Positions 43,949 through 54,369 of a DNA stretch of 64,000 bases are shown here, piece after piece; position 1 is the stretch's first letter, and the number at the start of each line of letters is the position of its first letter. Location: positions 32,001-96,000 of the IMG/VR virus record IMGVR_UViG_3300006793_000015. One strand, written 5' to 3'. This DNA comes from a virus. The notes below the pieces were generated by a model that had not been told where the DNA came from, made no database searches, and saw only the letters and a program-made list of their open reading frames with translations. Made by a program: the position numbers and the translations under genes.

Positions 43949-44572
43949 ATGACTTATCTAAGAGAACACTTGACATTTGACCAAGCTCGTATTGTAACTG
44001 AGACCGATTCAGAAGGCAAGAATTTATACATGAAGGGTATTTGCATCCAAGGTGGTGTAAAGAACGCTAATAAACGTGTATATCCTGTTGATGAAATCCA
44101 AACGGCGGTATCAAGTTTGAATGAGCAAATCAATCAAGGTAACTCTGTTCTAGGCGAAGTTGACCATCCAGACGATCTTAAGATTAACTTAGATCGTGTT
44201 TCCCACATGGTTTCAGAAATGTGGATGGATGGCCCAAACGGTTATGGTAAACTTAAAGTCCTGCCAACACCAATGGGTAACTTAGTTAAAACGATGCTAG
44301 AGTCAGGTGTTAAATTAGGAGTTTCATCCAGAGGAAGCGGCAATGTTCGTGAAACCTCTGGAGACGTTTCAGATTTTGAAATCGTTACTATTGATATAGT
44401 AGCACAACCCAGTGCTCCAGACGCATATCCAACAGCAATTTATGAAGGTCTCTTAAACATGAGAGGCGGGCATAGAGTGCTTGAGGCAGCTGCTGAAGTA
44501 CGTGAGAATCAAAAGGCGCAAAAATACCTAAAAGAAAGTATTTTACGCCTCATAAAGGACATAAAAATTTAG
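43949..44572 (+). CDS. gp21: Prohead core protease, T4 gp21-like
   Basis: NANKRVYP, GEVDHP, RVSH, LGVSSRGSG, DIVAQPSAPDA. Confidence 0.95.
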   Translation: MTYLREHLTFDQARIVTETDSEGKNLYMKGICIQGGVKNANKRVYPVDEIQTAVSSLNEQINQGNSVLGEVDHPDDLKINLDRVSHMVSEMWMDGPNGYGKLKVLPTPMGNLVKTMLESGVKLGVSSRGSGNVRETSGDVSDFEIVTIDIVAQPSAPDAYPTAIYEGLLNMRGGHRVLEAAAEVRENQKAQKYLKESILRLIKDIKI

Positions 44573-44581
44573 GAGAACATT

Positions 44582-45691
44582 ATGTTAGACGTATTTAAAC
44601 CACTTATCGAAAATAACATTATCTCTGAAGAAGTTCAAGCAGAACTAACAGAAGCTTGGGATGCAAAGTTGGCAGAAGCCACTGAGCAAAACAAGGCTGA
44701 GTTGCGCGAAGAATTTGCACAAAGATATGAACACGATAAAGAGGCGATTGTCGAAGCCCTAGATACAATGGTTACAGATTCTCTAAAACAAGAAATCAAC
44801 GAATTTGTAGAAGATAAGCAAGCATTACTAGCTGAGCGAGTAGCATACAAGACAGCAGTAACAGAGCATGCCGATATTCTAAGCAAGTTCGTAACAGAGA
44901 ATCTAGCATCTGAAATGGGCGAGTTCCGTGCTGATAGAGGCACACAGGCTCAAACAATTCAGAAACTAGAAGATTTCGTAATCAAAGCATTAAGCGAAGA
45001 GATTGTTGAATTCAACGAAGACAAAAAAGACGTAGTTGAAACAAAAGTAAGACTAGTAGCAGAAGCAAAAGCAAAACTAGCCGAACTTAAGAAAACATTC
45101 ATTGAGCGTAGTGCTAAGATGGTTGAAGAGACTGTCACTAAAACTATTAAGGGTGAGATGTCACAACTTAAAGAAGATATCCAGATTGCTCGTGAGAACA
45201 ATTTTGGACGTCAATTATTTGAAGCATATGCCGCGGAGTATGCCCATTCATATTTGAATGAGAATACAGAAGTAGCTAAGCTAAGCAAAGAACTTTCAGA
45301 GATGGAAGAGGTGTTGGCTGAAGCCAATAAAACAATTGAAGAAAAGGATGCACTCGTAGAGGCAAAAATGAGTGAAATCAATATTATGAACGACCAAGCA
45401 AGCAGAAAAGACGTTCTTTCACAACTACTTTCACCATTGGCGAAAGAGAAGAAAGACGTAATGGAAAGTTTACTTGAATCAGTTCAAACTGAGAAACTTA
45501 AAGCATCTTTTGACAAATACCTACCAGCGGTTATTAATGGCGATGGTAATGGTATTAAACGCAAACTTACAGAAGGTACAGCAAAGAAAGAAGTAACTGG
45601 TGACCGCGAAGTTGTTACGGAAGAACGTGCAACAGAGCAACAAGCATCTACATCTAACATTGTTGACTTGAAGAAGTTAGCAGGATTATAA
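44582..45691 (+). CDS. gp22: Prohead core scaffold protein, T4 gp22-like
   Basis: Acidic coiled coil between protease and capsid; FGRQLFEAY motif. Confidence 0.85.
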   Translation: MLDVFKPLIENNIISEEVQAELTEAWDAKLAEATEQNKAELREEFAQRYEHDKEAIVEALDTMVTDSLKQEINEFVEDKQALLAERVAYKTAVTEHADILSKFVTENLASEMGEFRADRGTQAQTIQKLEDFVIKALSEEIVEFNEDKKDVVETKVRLVAEAKAKLAELKKTFIERSAKMVEETVTKTIKGEMSQLKEDIQIARENNFGRQLFEAYAAEYAHSYLNENTEVAKLSKELSEMEEVLAEANKTIEEKDALVEAKMSEINIMNDQASRKDVLSQLLSPLAKEKKDVMESLLESVQTEKLKASFDKYLPAVINGDGNGIKRKLTEGTAKKEVTGDREVVTEERATEQQASTSNIVDLKKLAGL

Positions 45692-45721
45692 ATTTATAAT
45701 TAAGGAGTTTAGGAGACTAAA

Positions 45722-46894
45722 ATGTCAGAACTATTAAATGAAAACTGGAGCGAAACCAAAGACGCACTTTTAGAGGGTCTTTCAGGTTCAGCTCGTAGTA
45801 CAATGGCAGTAACTCTAGAAAATACAAAAAGTTATCTAGCAGAAGCTGCAACAGCCGGCGCATCAACATCAGGTAATGTTGCAACACTTAACAGAGTAAT
45901 TTTACCAGTAATCCGCCGTGTAATGCCATCAGTAATTGCTAACGAAATCGTTGGCGTTCAACCAATGGCAGGTCCAGTGGGCCAAATCCACACATTGAGA
46001 GTACGTTACGCAGACGCATTCACAGGCAGTGCAGGTGGTAACACAACAGCAGGCGAAGAGGCATTAAGCCCATTCAAAGTTGCTGAAGGTTACTCAGGCA
46101 ACGTTGCTTCAGCTGATACAGCAGGCGCAACAGCAGCTAATGAAGGCTCAGCAGGTAACAGACTAAGCATTCAAATCTTGAAGCAACCAGTAGAAGCAAA
46201 GACACGTAAGCTATCAGCACGTTGGACTTTCGAAGCTGCTCAAGATGCTAACTCAATGCACGGTATTGACATGGAAGCAGAAATCATGTCAGCACTAGCA
46301 CAAGAGATTACAGCTGAAATTGATCAAGAGATTCTACGTTCACTACGTGGTATCGCATCAACAGACTTCACATTCGACCAAACAGGCGTTTCAGGTACAG
46401 CAACATACGTTGGTGACGAACACGCCGCATTGGCAGTAACAATGAACCGCGCAGCCAACGCTATCGCACAACGCACACGTCGTGGTGCCGGTAACTGGGC
46501 AGTTGTAGGTACAGACGCACTAACAGCAATTCAATCTGCTTCAACAAGTGCATTTGCTCGTACAACAGAAGGTTCATTTGAAGCACCAGTTAACCAAAAG
46601 ATGGTTGGCACACTAAACGGTGCAATGAAAGTTTACGTTGATACATACCAAGGTACAAACGATTCAGTACTAGTAGGTTATAAGGGTTCAAGCGAAGCAG
46701 ACGCAGCCGCTTTCTATTGCCCATACATTCCTCTAATGTCATCAGGTACAGTATTAGATCCTGATACATTCGAGCCAGTCGTAGGCTTCATGACACGTTA
46801 TGGTTATGTTGCACTAACAAACACAGCATCATCACTAGGTAATGCTGGCGACTACCTACAAAAAATCAACATCTCAAACCTATCATTTGTATAA
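45722..46894 (+). CDS. gp23: Major capsid protein, T4 gp23-like
   Basis: RRVMPSVIANEIVGVQPMAGP, AKTRKLSARWT, AFYCPYIPL, GFMTRYG; YLAE/A cleavage site. Confidence 0.97.
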   Translation: MSELLNENWSETKDALLEGLSGSARSTMAVTLENTKSYLAEAATAGASTSGNVATLNRVILPVIRRVMPSVIANEIVGVQPMAGPVGQIHTLRVRYADAFTGSAGGNTTAGEEALSPFKVAEGYSGNVASADTAGATAANEGSAGNRLSIQILKQPVEAKTRKLSARWTFEAAQDANSMHGIDMEAEIMSALAQEITAEIDQEILRSLRGIASTDFTFDQTGVSGTATYVGDEHAALAVTMNRAANAIAQRTRRGAGNWAVVGTDALTAIQSASTSAFARTTEGSFEAPVNQKMVGTLNGAMKVYVDTYQGTNDSVLVGYKGSSEADAAAFYCPYIPLMSSGTVLDPDTFEPVVGFMTRYGYVALTNTASSLGNAGDYLQKINISNLSFV

Positions 46895-46917
46895 GGTTTA
46901 GAACTTTTTGTAAAGAT

Positions 46918-46943
46918 AACCCCCCGTTATTTGGGGGGTTTTT
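46918..46943 (+). terminator. Rho-independent terminator after major capsid gene
   Basis: AACCCCCC-gttattt-GGGGGGTT then TTT. Confidence 0.85.
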
Positions 46944-46948
46944 CTTGA

Positions 46949-47046
46949 CTAAATAATACTGCTTACTAATGGGTAGTAAGTTTATGGGGACTAACCCTCC
47001 TCGTAGCGGATAGAACCCGCAACGGACTTCTAAAAGGAGAAATAAA
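46949..47046 (+). promoter_or_regulatory. Late promoter (CTAAATA) and structured 5' leader of 47047..47700
   Basis: Hairpins gcttacta/tagtaagt and cgt-a-gcgg/ccgc-a-acg; CTTCT and CTCCT both complementary to the AGGAG SD. Confidence 0.5.
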
Positions 47047-47700
47047 ATGGGTAGACCATTAAACAAAAAATATTTTGGTAATACAAATGATTCAGGACTA
47101 GGCGGCGAAGGCGTTGCTTCAGTAACAGTCACAGGCGCTGGTACAGGCTATACAGACGGTGATGCAGTAGTTTTCAGCGCACCTCAACTTCCAGGCGGTG
47201 TTACTGCAACTGGTGTTGTTGTTGATGATGGTGCCGACGGCACAGTTAATTCAATATCAATTACTAATGCAGGTTCAGGCTATACATCAGCACCAACTAT
47301 TGACTTAACAGGAGAAGGTAACGGAGACGCCACAGCAACAGCCACATTAACCACATCTGGTGTTAACGCAATCGCATTTTCATCATATGTTGATGGCGGT
47401 AGCAATCAAACAGACGGCGATATTGTTAAACAAGTAGCCGCAAGACGCTTCAAAGTTACAAACTCAGACGGCACAGGCACATGTAAACTAGTTGCAGCTA
47501 CACCAAGCGCAGCTGGAGAAATGATGATGAGTGCTACGGACTCATCTGGTAAGACATACTATGTAACAAAGATTTCTGCTCGCAAAGCAACTTTAACACA
47601 GTATGGTGCAGGTGGTCATGAATTTACTGACGGCACATCACAAAAGTGGTCATTTGATTCAGCAGTATTAAATGATTCAGTACAATTAGATAATAACTAA
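47047..47700 (+). CDS. Virion structural protein (possible head decoration), 217 aa
   Basis: Directly after capsid; strong SD; capsid-like codon bias; GxGYT..P beta repeats shared with the giant protein. Confidence 0.65.
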   Translation: MGRPLNKKYFGNTNDSGLGGEGVASVTVTGAGTGYTDGDAVVFSAPQLPGGVTATGVVVDDGADGTVNSISITNAGSGYTSAPTIDLTGEGNGDATATATLTTSGVNAIAFSSYVDGGSNQTDGDIVKQVAARRFKVTNSDGTGTCKLVAATPSAAGEMMMSATDSSGKTYYVTKISARKATLTQYGAGGHEFTDGTSQKWSFDSAVLNDSVQLDNN

Positions 47701-47723
47701 GATAGTTATTTTATATTTTATGG

Positions 47724-47750
47724 AAAAGGGTCAGACGTCTGACCCTTTTT
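47724..47750 (+). terminator. Rho-independent (potentially bidirectional) terminator
   Basis: 26-bp perfect palindrome AAAAGGGTCAGACGTCTGACCCTTTT. Confidence 0.8.
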
Positions 47751-47764
47751 CTATTGTAAAAATG

Positions 47765-47772
47765 TATAAATA
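47765..47772 (+). promoter_or_regulatory. T4-type late promoter TATAAATA
   Basis: Exact consensus after the terminator, upstream of 47810. Confidence 0.75.
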
Positions 47773-47809
47773 ATAGTAACATTAGAAGTAACAATGGAAA
47801 ACACAAAAT

Positions 47810-48691
47810 ATGGCACAGAATCTAATTGTCAACAGCGATTATAATATTGACGTTGGCGCGAACGAAGTAAACATTACAGCATCAGAAGTTAACGTTATAG
47901 GTAACTTTGTTGTAACAGGTACAACTACAACAGTTGACTCTGCTAATATGTCTGTCACAGATAATAATATTGTTCTTAACCAAGGCGAAGCCGGTGCAGG
48001 TGTAACATTAGGATCTGCAGGTATTACTGTAGATCGTGGTAGTGTAGATGACGCTACACTTATTTGGGACGAAACAACAGATAAGTGGAACTTTAAAGTA
48101 GGCGCAAGCACAGCAGACCTAGTAGCAAACGTTTCAATGGACGCGTTAGAATTAGACGGTGTTACTGTTACGGATATTATTACAGAAGCAGAAACAATTG
48201 CCGCTAACGACAATGACACATCTCTTCCAACATCAGCCGCAGTAAAAGCTTATGCAGACGCAATTGCGACATCATCAGCGGCAGGTGGCGCACAATACGA
48301 TGTACAATACAACACAGGTGCAGGATTAGGTGGTAATAGTAACTTTACTGTAAACTATACTACAAACGTTGTAAGTATTTTAGGCGAACTTAATGTTGAT
48401 AACATTAACATTAACGGCAATGATATTATTTCATCTAATGTAGATGGCAACATTACATTAACACCAAATGGTGTTGGTAATATTATTTTAGCAAAAGAAA
48501 CAGGAGTTTCAGTACAGTTAGACTTTACAGATCAAGGCAGTGATCCAAGTGCAACAGCGACAGTGAATAAGATTTATTCTAAAACACCAAGTGGTGGCGG
48601 CACAGGTTTATATTTTGTTAATAATACAACAACTGGTGAGTTTATTAGTAAAAGCAAATCAATTGCTTACTCATTAGTATTCGGCGGATAA
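47810..48691 (+). CDS. Virion structural/fibre-like protein (293 aa)
   Basis: VTGTTTTVDS...AGITVDRG...LIWDE module shared with the 3957 and 55785 proteins. Confidence 0.7.
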   Translation: MAQNLIVNSDYNIDVGANEVNITASEVNVIGNFVVTGTTTTVDSANMSVTDNNIVLNQGEAGAGVTLGSAGITVDRGSVDDATLIWDETTDKWNFKVGASTADLVANVSMDALELDGVTVTDIITEAETIAANDNDTSLPTSAAVKAYADAIATSSAAGGAQYDVQYNTGAGLGGNSNFTVNYTTNVVSILGELNVDNININGNDIISSNVDGNITLTPNGVGNIILAKETGVSVQLDFTDQGSDPSATATVNKIYSKTPSGGGTGLYFVNNTTTGEFISKSKSIAYSLVFGG

Positions 48692-48699
48692 ATATAATT

Positions 48700-49101
48700 A
48701 TGGCAATAGCAATCGCAAATTTAGCAAATACAACAGCAACGGCAGTTATTACAGCGGCAAGTGACATCGCTGTTACTGATATTATTATCTTTAATACAGA
48801 CTCACATACTGGATCACTTTTTGAATGGAGTTTAAATTTAATTCCAAGTGGTGATTCAAACTCCATTGATAACTTACTATATTCTTCAAGTTTAGTGACA
48901 ACAGGTTATGCAAACTCATTGTATCCTGGGTCAAACATTCATGTTAATACAATAACAGGGTTTATTGGTAATAAATGGTTGCTATCAACTGGTGATTCAT
49001 TTGAAGTTACATTGTTTGACGCAAGTAATACATCACCAACATGGTCTGGTACACCAGCATTAGTTCCAGTAAACGTATTTGTTAACTACATAGGATTGTA
49101 A
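48700..49101 (+). CDS. Small virion structural protein (133 aa)
   Basis: Beta-rich ORF tightly packed in structural operon. Confidence 0.6.
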   Translation: MAIAIANLANTTATAVITAASDIAVTDIIIFNTDSHTGSLFEWSLNLIPSGDSNSIDNLLYSSSLVTTGYANSLYPGSNIHVNTITGFIGNKWLLSTGDSFEVTLFDASNTSPTWSGTPALVPVNVFVNYIGL

Positions 49102-49102
49102 A

Positions 49103-49531
49103 ATGCCTTTTGACGCTTCACAACCACAATACTTTACTCATAATAAAGTTAACTTCGGTAGACAAGACGCTGTCGGTCTTCCTGCAGGTACTACCCTTGA
49201 ACGTCCTGGTACACCAAATCCAGGTGATATAAGATTTAATACACTACTTAATTCATTAGAAACATATGATGTTGTTAATTTTTGGCAACCTATTAGAATT
49301 CCAGGAACTGCTACTATTACTAAAGATACAGACACAGGTGATGGTTCAACAACTGCTTTCAATATGTTATCATCAACTCCAGATTCAGAAGAAAATGTTC
49401 TTATTTTTATTAATAATATTTTTCAAGAAGCAACAACTGCATATACAGTATCAGGAACAACAGTTACATTTACATCTGCCCCACCTAACGCACATGTTAT
49501 TGTAGCATTAAGCGGATTTGACACTGTTTAA
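49103..49531 (+). CDS. Small virion structural protein (142 aa) built from shared fibre modules
   Basis: LPAGTTLERP..GDIRFN and GDGSTTAF...YTVSGTTVTFTSAP modules. Confidence 0.7.
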   Translation: MPFDASQPQYFTHNKVNFGRQDAVGLPAGTTLERPGTPNPGDIRFNTLLNSLETYDVVNFWQPIRIPGTATITKDTDTGDGSTTAFNMLSSTPDSEENVLIFINNIFQEATTAYTVSGTTVTFTSAPPNAHVIVALSGFDTV

Positions 49532-49546
49532 TATTTTAAACTCTTA

Positions 49547-49554
49547 TATAAATA
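49547..49554 (+). promoter_or_regulatory. T4-type late promoter TATAAATA
   Basis: Consensus in the intergenic gap upstream of 49587. Confidence 0.7.
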
Positions 49555-49586
49555 CTAGTATAAAGTAATTTTAAACGGAGAATAGT

Positions 49587-52500
49587 ATGGGTATAGGTCG
49601 CGTCTCGGGACCAATGTTACAACCAAATTTGGTCAGGCAAGGTACTGACTTAGCATTTGAAACGGATTTATTATATCTCGATGTAACAAATTCACGCATT
49701 GGTATTAATCAAAACACGCCGGGTTATTCGTTAGACATTTCAGGCGACCTGCAAGTTGGTAATATCGAACTTGATACCAACACTATTACTACAACAAATA
49801 CAGATGGTAATTTAATATTAAATGCCAATGGCGCCGGTCAAATACAAGTATCAAGTAAGAACATTCAAAATGTTCTTGATCCTGTATTAGCACAAGACGC
49901 CGCAACAAAAGCATATGTTGATGCACAAATTGGCGGATCCAGCGGTGGTAGTATTACGTTAGGAACTCCCACTGATGGTAGTTTAACAACATGTAGTGCG
50001 TATTTAGGTTGGACCGGATCCACCTTTGTAACAGATGCTATAGATGATTTAAATGAAGTAGTTGAAAATATTCGCAATAATACGTTTGTTAAAGAAGTAG
50101 ACTTTACTGCTGACCAAACAGTAGGCGGTGCTGGGCTTGTTGTAACGCTAACTATTACCGCAACAGGTAATGCTAACAGATATGATATTACTTGGGGTGA
50201 CGGTAATACAACAACTGGAACAAGTGATAGCACACCAACGCATACATATAACTCTAATGTTGGCTCGCCATTTGATGTAGAGGTTAGAGCATATAACAAC
50301 AGTGGTTGTGGAACAGGTAGCGAAGCAACAAAAGTAAGAGCAAGTTATATTATTATTTACACTGCTAACCCAGTAGTAACATTTGCCGCATATACTGCCG
50401 CTAGCGGTGGTAGTCCAATTACATATTGGGACGACGGCGATACAGTATACTTTGAAAACGACACAACAAACATCGGTGGCGCCACAATACAATACACTTG
50501 GGATTGGGGTGACGGAAGTAGTGATGATGTTATCAATACAGACAGTGATGCAGGAGGCAGTGCCGGCGCAAGACTAGCACACACGTTCACTACCAGTACC
50601 GAACAAGAACAAACAAGAACAGTTAGTTTGACACTTGACTCGCATAATACAGCAGACCCAAGTGTTATTCCAACAGATGATGACACTGCTTATAAAATTT
50701 ACGATGACCATACTCCAACTGTTACATTAAGTGGAACAACTGGTATTAACGAAGAAGGCACAAGCGGATTACCAATTACTTTTACTAACACTACTGAAAG
50801 TACAATTGGCAGTTACGCAACATATGGTATACAATACCAATATCAGTGGGGTGACGGCACTTCAAATACAACAGTAAATGTCGGCACAGGCGGAAGTGGT
50901 GACACAGGTAACACCATTGCTCACACATTTGCACTAAGTTCTGGAAATCAAGCATCTGGAACACCAGTAGATTATACTGGTAACTTAAGAGTTATTAGTA
51001 ACCACTCAAGTAGCCCATTTATTAGTTCCAACTTTACAGTTCATGTTGAACCCGATGTTAGAGCAAACATTGCGGCTACAGCAGTAACAGTAAGCGATAG
51101 ATCCGGTGATAATCAATATGACATTTACGATTACACAGACTATAGTGGAAATAACAGAGCATTAGTAAGAGCAACAAACACTTCGCAAAACGCAGACGAT
51201 TATGTTTATACGTGGGCAGACGGAGATTCAGATTCTCCAACAGAGGATGGTGTGAGCGCAGGTTCAATTGGAGCAACATTGGATCACGACTATACAGGCG
51301 AATCAACAGGCAGCTATAACTTGTCATTCACTGCGAATGGTACTCCGGACATTACAGCACAAACAGATGTTGATACAAGCATTACATTTACAATGAATGC
51401 AACACCATCTGCTCCTGCTGATTTAAGCACAAAGTCTATTACACTAAGTGACTCGTATCAAGGAACAAGCCCAAAACTTTGCGCTGGGTTTACAGACAAT
51501 AGTGCTACAAGTCCATTGGTTGCTGGCGCGTCATTAACAACAACGACAGCAAGACGTTATACAAGTGGCACAATTGATACAAGCACAGTTGCTAATGCGT
51601 ATAATGGATTAAGCGGAACATTAACAGCAAGTATTAACGGTGTTGATAGTGGTAACAAAACATTTACCTCAGCACTAAACGAAAACGGAACATTTACTTC
51701 ACTTGTTGTAAGTGACCAACGCGACGCGAATGACACAATTAGTTCAGCAACATACCCAACAGGTTTTTACCAAACATTTGATGCTAAGATTACACAATCA
51801 CTTGGCAGTTACTCTGTTGGTGTAAACGACGAAAGATTAGAACATAGCGCAACAGGTAACACAAATTATGTTTCTGTTGTATACGATGATGTCACAGCAT
51901 CACCGACTATTTCCAGTGTAGGCACATTATCAGAAGGAACTGCTGGCACAAAACGATATATCTCAGGTATTCCATACTACAACACAGGAAGCCCAACACT
52001 TAACCTAACTGGTGTACAGATCAGTAATTTAACAGGGCAGGCTTATAGAGACACAGGCTCTATTGTTGAAGTAGATAACGGAACAAACCAAGAAGGTACA
52101 TCAAGTGCAGGCACAAGTAATACAAACTTTACATACGCACAGATTGATGGTGCTAGTTCAATGCTAACAGGCGGCATTCCAAACACTGACACAGGTGTTG
52201 CCTCACCTTACACAATAGGAACATTATCCGTACCTATAACATCAAGTAGTGTAAGAACTGTAGACAGAGTAAAAGTTAGAGCATCTAACTGTAACGGAAA
52301 AAGTAGTTACTCTGAAGTTACAGCAACAGATATTAACGTCCATACTGCCTCACAATCAGGCATTAATGAACTTGTTATTGCTGTAGCAGACAGTTTAGGT
52401 AATGGAACATATACAGACGATGGTATTCGAAGCACAGCATTTTTAGCAGAGACTACCGACACGCCAACGTTTAATGGCGCAACAAACTTTTACACTAGCA

Positions 52501-53033
52501 GCCTTTATACTGAGTCAAGTGACCCGGGTGTTAGTGGAACAAAAGAAGCAACAATTAGACTTGGTGTTTTAGAGTATGACGTAACAGATTACAGTACAGG
52601 CTTCCTACCAGTCGGACCTGATCGCAGTAGCGACACTGGAACACAATATTTTACATTTGCTTTCCGTAGACAAGTTGTTGCTAACTTTGATATTAACATT
52701 ACATCAAGTTCAGGAATAAGTGGCTTATGGATTGCCGCACCAGGCACTGCTATTGATAGTGCTAGTGGACTCAACGGTTGGATAGATTCAAGCACAACAT
52801 ATGGTGGTAGTGGTGTTCCAGGTAGTGATGTAGGCAACGGCGGTAACGGTAGTGATGGTTGCGCGTTTACATCAGGTGATAGAATTGCAACAGGTGTTTC
52901 ACTAAGTGGTGGTTATACAATGACACTTGGTGCAGAGAACATGTCAAACGCTACAGGTAATGTAGTGTTGGTAAGAATAGCGTTAGCAAGTGGCGAATCA
53001 GTAACCGCACTTAGCGTAGGGGAGGCGGCATAA
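49587..53033 (+). CDS. Large virion protein with tandem PKD/Ig-like domains (1,148 aa)
   Basis: Four YxWxW(G/A)DG...HT(Y/F)-type repeats; QDAATKAYVD fibre motif. Confidence 0.75.
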   Translation: MGIGRVSGPMLQPNLVRQGTDLAFETDLLYLDVTNSRIGINQNTPGYSLDISGDLQVGNIELDTNTITTTNTDGNLILNANGAGQIQVSSKNIQNVLDPVLAQDAATKAYVDAQIGGSSGGSITLGTPTDGSLTTCSAYLGWTGSTFVTDAIDDLNEVVENIRNNTFVKEVDFTADQTVGGAGLVVTLTITATGNANRYDITWGDGNTTTGTSDSTPTHTYNSNVGSPFDVEVRAYNNSGCGTGSEATKVRASYIIIYTANPVVTFAAYTAASGGSPITYWDDGDTVYFENDTTNIGGATIQYTWDWGDGSSDDVINTDSDAGGSAGARLAHTFTTSTEQEQTRTVSLTLDSHNTADPSVIPTDDDTAYKIYDDHTPTVTLSGTTGINEEGTSGLPITFTNTTESTIGSYATYGIQYQYQWGDGTSNTTVNVGTGGSGDTGNTIAHTFALSSGNQASGTPVDYTGNLRVISNHSSSPFISSNFTVHVEPDVRANIAATAVTVSDRSGDNQYDIYDYTDYSGNNRALVRATNTSQNADDYVYTWADGDSDSPTEDGVSAGSIGATLDHDYTGESTGSYNLSFTANGTPDITAQTDVDTSITFTMNATPSAPADLSTKSITLSDSYQGTSPKLCAGFTDNSATSPLVAGASLTTTTARRYTSGTIDTSTVANAYNGLSGTLTASINGVDSGNKTFTSALNENGTFTSLVVSDQRDANDTISSATYPTGFYQTFDAKITQSLGSYSVGVNDERLEHSATGNTNYVSVVYDDVTASPTISSVGTLSEGTAGTKRYISGIPYYNTGSPTLNLTGVQISNLTGQAYRDTGSIVEVDNGTNQEGTSSAGTSNTNFTYAQIDGASSMLTGGIPNTDTGVASPYTIGTLSVPITSSSVRTVDRVKVRASNCNGKSSYSEVTATDINVHTASQSGINELVIAVADSLGNGTYTDDGIRSTAFLAETTDTPTFNGATNFYTSSLYTESSDPGVSGTKEATIRLGVLEYDVTDYSTGFLPVGPDRSSDTGTQYFTFAFRRQVVANFDINITSSSGISGLWIAAPGTAIDSASGLNGWIDSSTTYGGSGVPGSDVGNGGNGSDGCAFTSGDRIATGVSLSGGYTMTLGAENMSNATGNVVLVRIALASGESVTALSVGEAA

Positions 53034-54310
53034 TGGCAGTTTCAGATAACCAGAAAGTCGACTACCTTTGGAAAAAGTTAGGATACGGCGCCACCAAAAC
53101 AGATACAAACGCACTTAAAAAGGCTCCTAACGAAGCCATAGCAAGTCCGCTATTGCTACGCGGTGACAAAGTTTGGAAGAACGCATCAAGCATTCCTTCC
53201 TCAATACCAGGCTCAAGTGCTGGTGTTGTTACTGTTTATACAACAGCCGCACCGCAGGAGTGTACGCAAGATATCACATCAACAGCGAACAGAACTTGGA
53301 AAACAACATTAACAGATTGGATATCACCTGAGATTGGCTCAACATATCAAGTAAAAGTTTATATACATACTGCATCTGATGCAGGGAACGCCGCCGCAAG
53401 TGGCACACAAGTATTTGCTACAGGTTCCGGTAATGATGACGAATGGTTCTTTGATTACCAAAGTGGCGTATTACACTTTGTTGGAGATAACTTACCTAAT
53501 GGTGTAAGTTTTACAGGCAAGAGTGTTTACATTAGTGGCGCAAGATATACAGGCGACTTCGGCGTAGGTGGTGATACAGGAGACTTTATATTCTCAACAA
53601 ATGTAATGTCAACAGGTACTACAAATGGTGACATACAAATTGATCCGGATGGCACAGGGCAGTTAGTAGTAGTAGGAACTAACTCAATGCTACCCCCTAG
53701 TGGTACTACATTAGAACGTCCTGGTTCACCATCAGCAGGTGACTTCCGCTATAACAGCACAGAAAATAAACTAGAATACTATAACGGTAGTGATTGGGTA
53801 TTTTTAGAAAGTTCTAACTATGCGTTAGTAACAAGTGATACATTTACAGGTGATGGATCAACTACTACGTTTACTTTAAGTACTTCAGCAACAACCAATA
53901 ATACTATTGTTAGCATTAACGGTGCGTTACAACAGCCAACAACAGCATACAGTGTAAGTGGCACAACACTTACTATGGTTGAAGAAATTCATTTAAATGA
54001 TGTTGTTGAGGCAAGAATTTTTAGCACAGCACTTGCAAGTGTACAAACATTAATTAGAGATGCAGACAATGATACTCAAGTAAGAGTTGAAGCAACTACT
54101 GACGAAGATACTATTCGATTTGCAACAGCCGGCACAGAAGTTGCTACAATGACTTCTAGTGCTACAGTTTTTGCTAATGCAGTACAAGTAGCAAGTATGA
54201 CAACAACAGAACGAAATGCATTAACTGCCGCCAATGGAATGAATATTTACAATACTACAGATAATAAATTTCAAGGATACGAGAACGGATCTTGGGCAAA
54301 CTTTATATAA
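53033..54310 (+). CDS. Virion structural/fibre-like protein (425 aa)
   Basis: KVDYLWKKLGYG, WFFDYQSGVL; GTTLERP and GDGSTTTF modules shared with neighbours. Confidence 0.7.
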   Translation: MAVSDNQKVDYLWKKLGYGATKTDTNALKKAPNEAIASPLLLRGDKVWKNASSIPSSIPGSSAGVVTVYTTAAPQECTQDITSTANRTWKTTLTDWISPEIGSTYQVKVYIHTASDAGNAAASGTQVFATGSGNDDEWFFDYQSGVLHFVGDNLPNGVSFTGKSVYISGARYTGDFGVGGDTGDFIFSTNVMSTGTTNGDIQIDPDGTGQLVVVGTNSMLPPSGTTLERPGSPSAGDFRYNSTENKLEYYNGSDWVFLESSNYALVTSDTFTGDGSTTTFTLSTSATTNNTIVSINGALQQPTTAYSVSGTTLTMVEEIHLNDVVEARIFSTALASVQTLIRDADNDTQVRVEATTDEDTIRFATAGTEVATMTSSATVFANAVQVASMTTTERNALTAANGMNIYNTTDNKFQGYENGSWANFI

Positions 54311-54369
54311 GTTAATGTAAATAGCACAACAAACAGTTAACCTAGGTATTATTCAAAATTAAGTGTGCC

